This document shows positions 62,409 to 64,000 of a stretch of DNA of 64,000 nt, one piece after another. The notes beneath the pieces were generated by a model. The model saw nothing but the letters and a program-made list of their open reading frames with translations. It was not told where the DNA came from and searched no databases. The stretch lies in assembly GCF_009914755.1 (NCBI RefSeq), contig NC_060925.1; one strand, written 5' to 3'. The stretch's first letter is position 1, and each line of letters opens with the position of its first letter. Made by a program: the position numbers and the translations under genes. This stretch comes from the human T2T-CHM13v2.0 reference genome, Homo sapiens.

Positions 62409-63486
62409 CCCCATTGGAAGAAGAACCAGGCATGGAAAGATGGGGAGCTCTGGAGGTGTTGTGGGGATGGTGATGGAGAGGGATGGAAATAACGGGTGGC
62501 ATTGGGTGGCAACATTTGGGGAGAGATAATGAGGCAACTCAGCAGGCTAAGTTGCGGGGTATATAAATTGGGGTGATGACCCCATAGACCTAACTGTGAA
62601 CAATCAGATTAGACACTATGTGTTAGAGTCCCCCCGACCAGATCCTTTTCCATCCCACTCCACTATGTTGTCTATTTTTTCTGAGGAATTAAGGGTTACC
62701 CCACCCTGCCCACTCCCATCCCTTCAACCCCACTTCCTACTGTAATAGATCAGCATCCAAAAGCAGGAACCCATCTAAACCAGAAGGAAGCCCTCTCAGA
62801 TCACCCCAGCCTCACTCCATTTCCCACTTCCACCCCCGTTAGCTTCCTGCAGGACTCTATCCCTGGCTTCCCCTTCAGACCTTGCAATCACAAAAGGTTC
62901 TTCTGGTGAGTGCAAGAGCCTGAGACTGGAAAAGGTGGACTTGTCTCCCAGTCGAGGCTGGTAAGGGACCTTCAGGGAGAGCTGGGCAGACAGGTGGGAG
63001 ATGGAGGTAGGGCTGGCTGGAGGAAGGAAACAACAAAGGAAGTGAGGTAGTGCCAATGACAGGACATTTGACATGAGTCTCCAGATAGATGTCGTGGACT
63101 CCAGCTCTACGTCCCACATTTTAGAATACCCCACCAGCAGAACAAACTCAGATCTCATCAGGGTAGCAGCAGAGGCAGGACCAGAAGGCAATCAAGAGCT
63201 TCCAGAAATGCCACACTTGTGTGCCACAGAGTTCCCCGCTGACCCTTGGTTAGGGGTCCTCTTAGTCCACAAGGTCCGGATGTCACTCATGTACTTAATA
63301 ACACTTCACCTTCTGTAATACTAAGTCCTCAGAGCTCCATGCTGTTCTGAAAGGGATGGCCACAAGTTCTTTCCCAGCCTCTTCCATTCCCTTTCTTTTC
63401 ATGCCCATCCCGATGAACCTGCATCATTCCCCGACACTGCCAAGCCAACCCTGGAAAAGGAGTTCGCTGGCCATTGGCTAGAATCA

Positions 63487-63904
<418 letters not shown>

Positions 63905-64000
63905 TGATTTGCTTTTGACGTCTTAGGTGGCAGGGCTGTTCCCTCCAGGCAAATGCCCTTCAAACCGACGATCATTGTGCCCACTTACCCTGGGCTGGAG

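Overview
Mammalian (human-like) genomic DNA matching the 1q23.2 KCNJ9-IGSF8-ATP1A2 locus. I reconstructed three intron-containing genes exon by exon from GT-AG junctions and reading frame. KCNJ9/Kir3.3/GIRK3 is on + (2 coding exons, 393 aa). IGSF8/EWI-2 is on - (6 coding exons, 613 aa), converging on KCNJ9. ATP1A2 (Na+/K+-ATPase alpha-2) is on + (23 exons, 1020 aa), and its 3' UTR runs off the window. The rest is Alu, MIR, L1, L2, CR1/L3, MaLR and MER repeats plus microsatellites. I see no RNA gene, CRISPR array or unknown large ORF, and no clear new multi-gene system. The best leads are small. KCNJ9 carries a cluster of possible translational-control features: a strong-Kozak uORF whose length depends on tandem acceptor choice, a very strong G-quadruplex near the end of the CDS, and an overlapping +1 frame ending in a 36-aa MGNCIS... 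ORF with an acylation-type N-terminus. Other leads are an unexplained exact 25-bp repeat bracketing the ATP1A2 promoter, a direct-plus-inverted repeat fused to a CTCF motif, and a MIR-donated poly(A) signal. Repeat boundaries and subfamilies are by-eye estimates.
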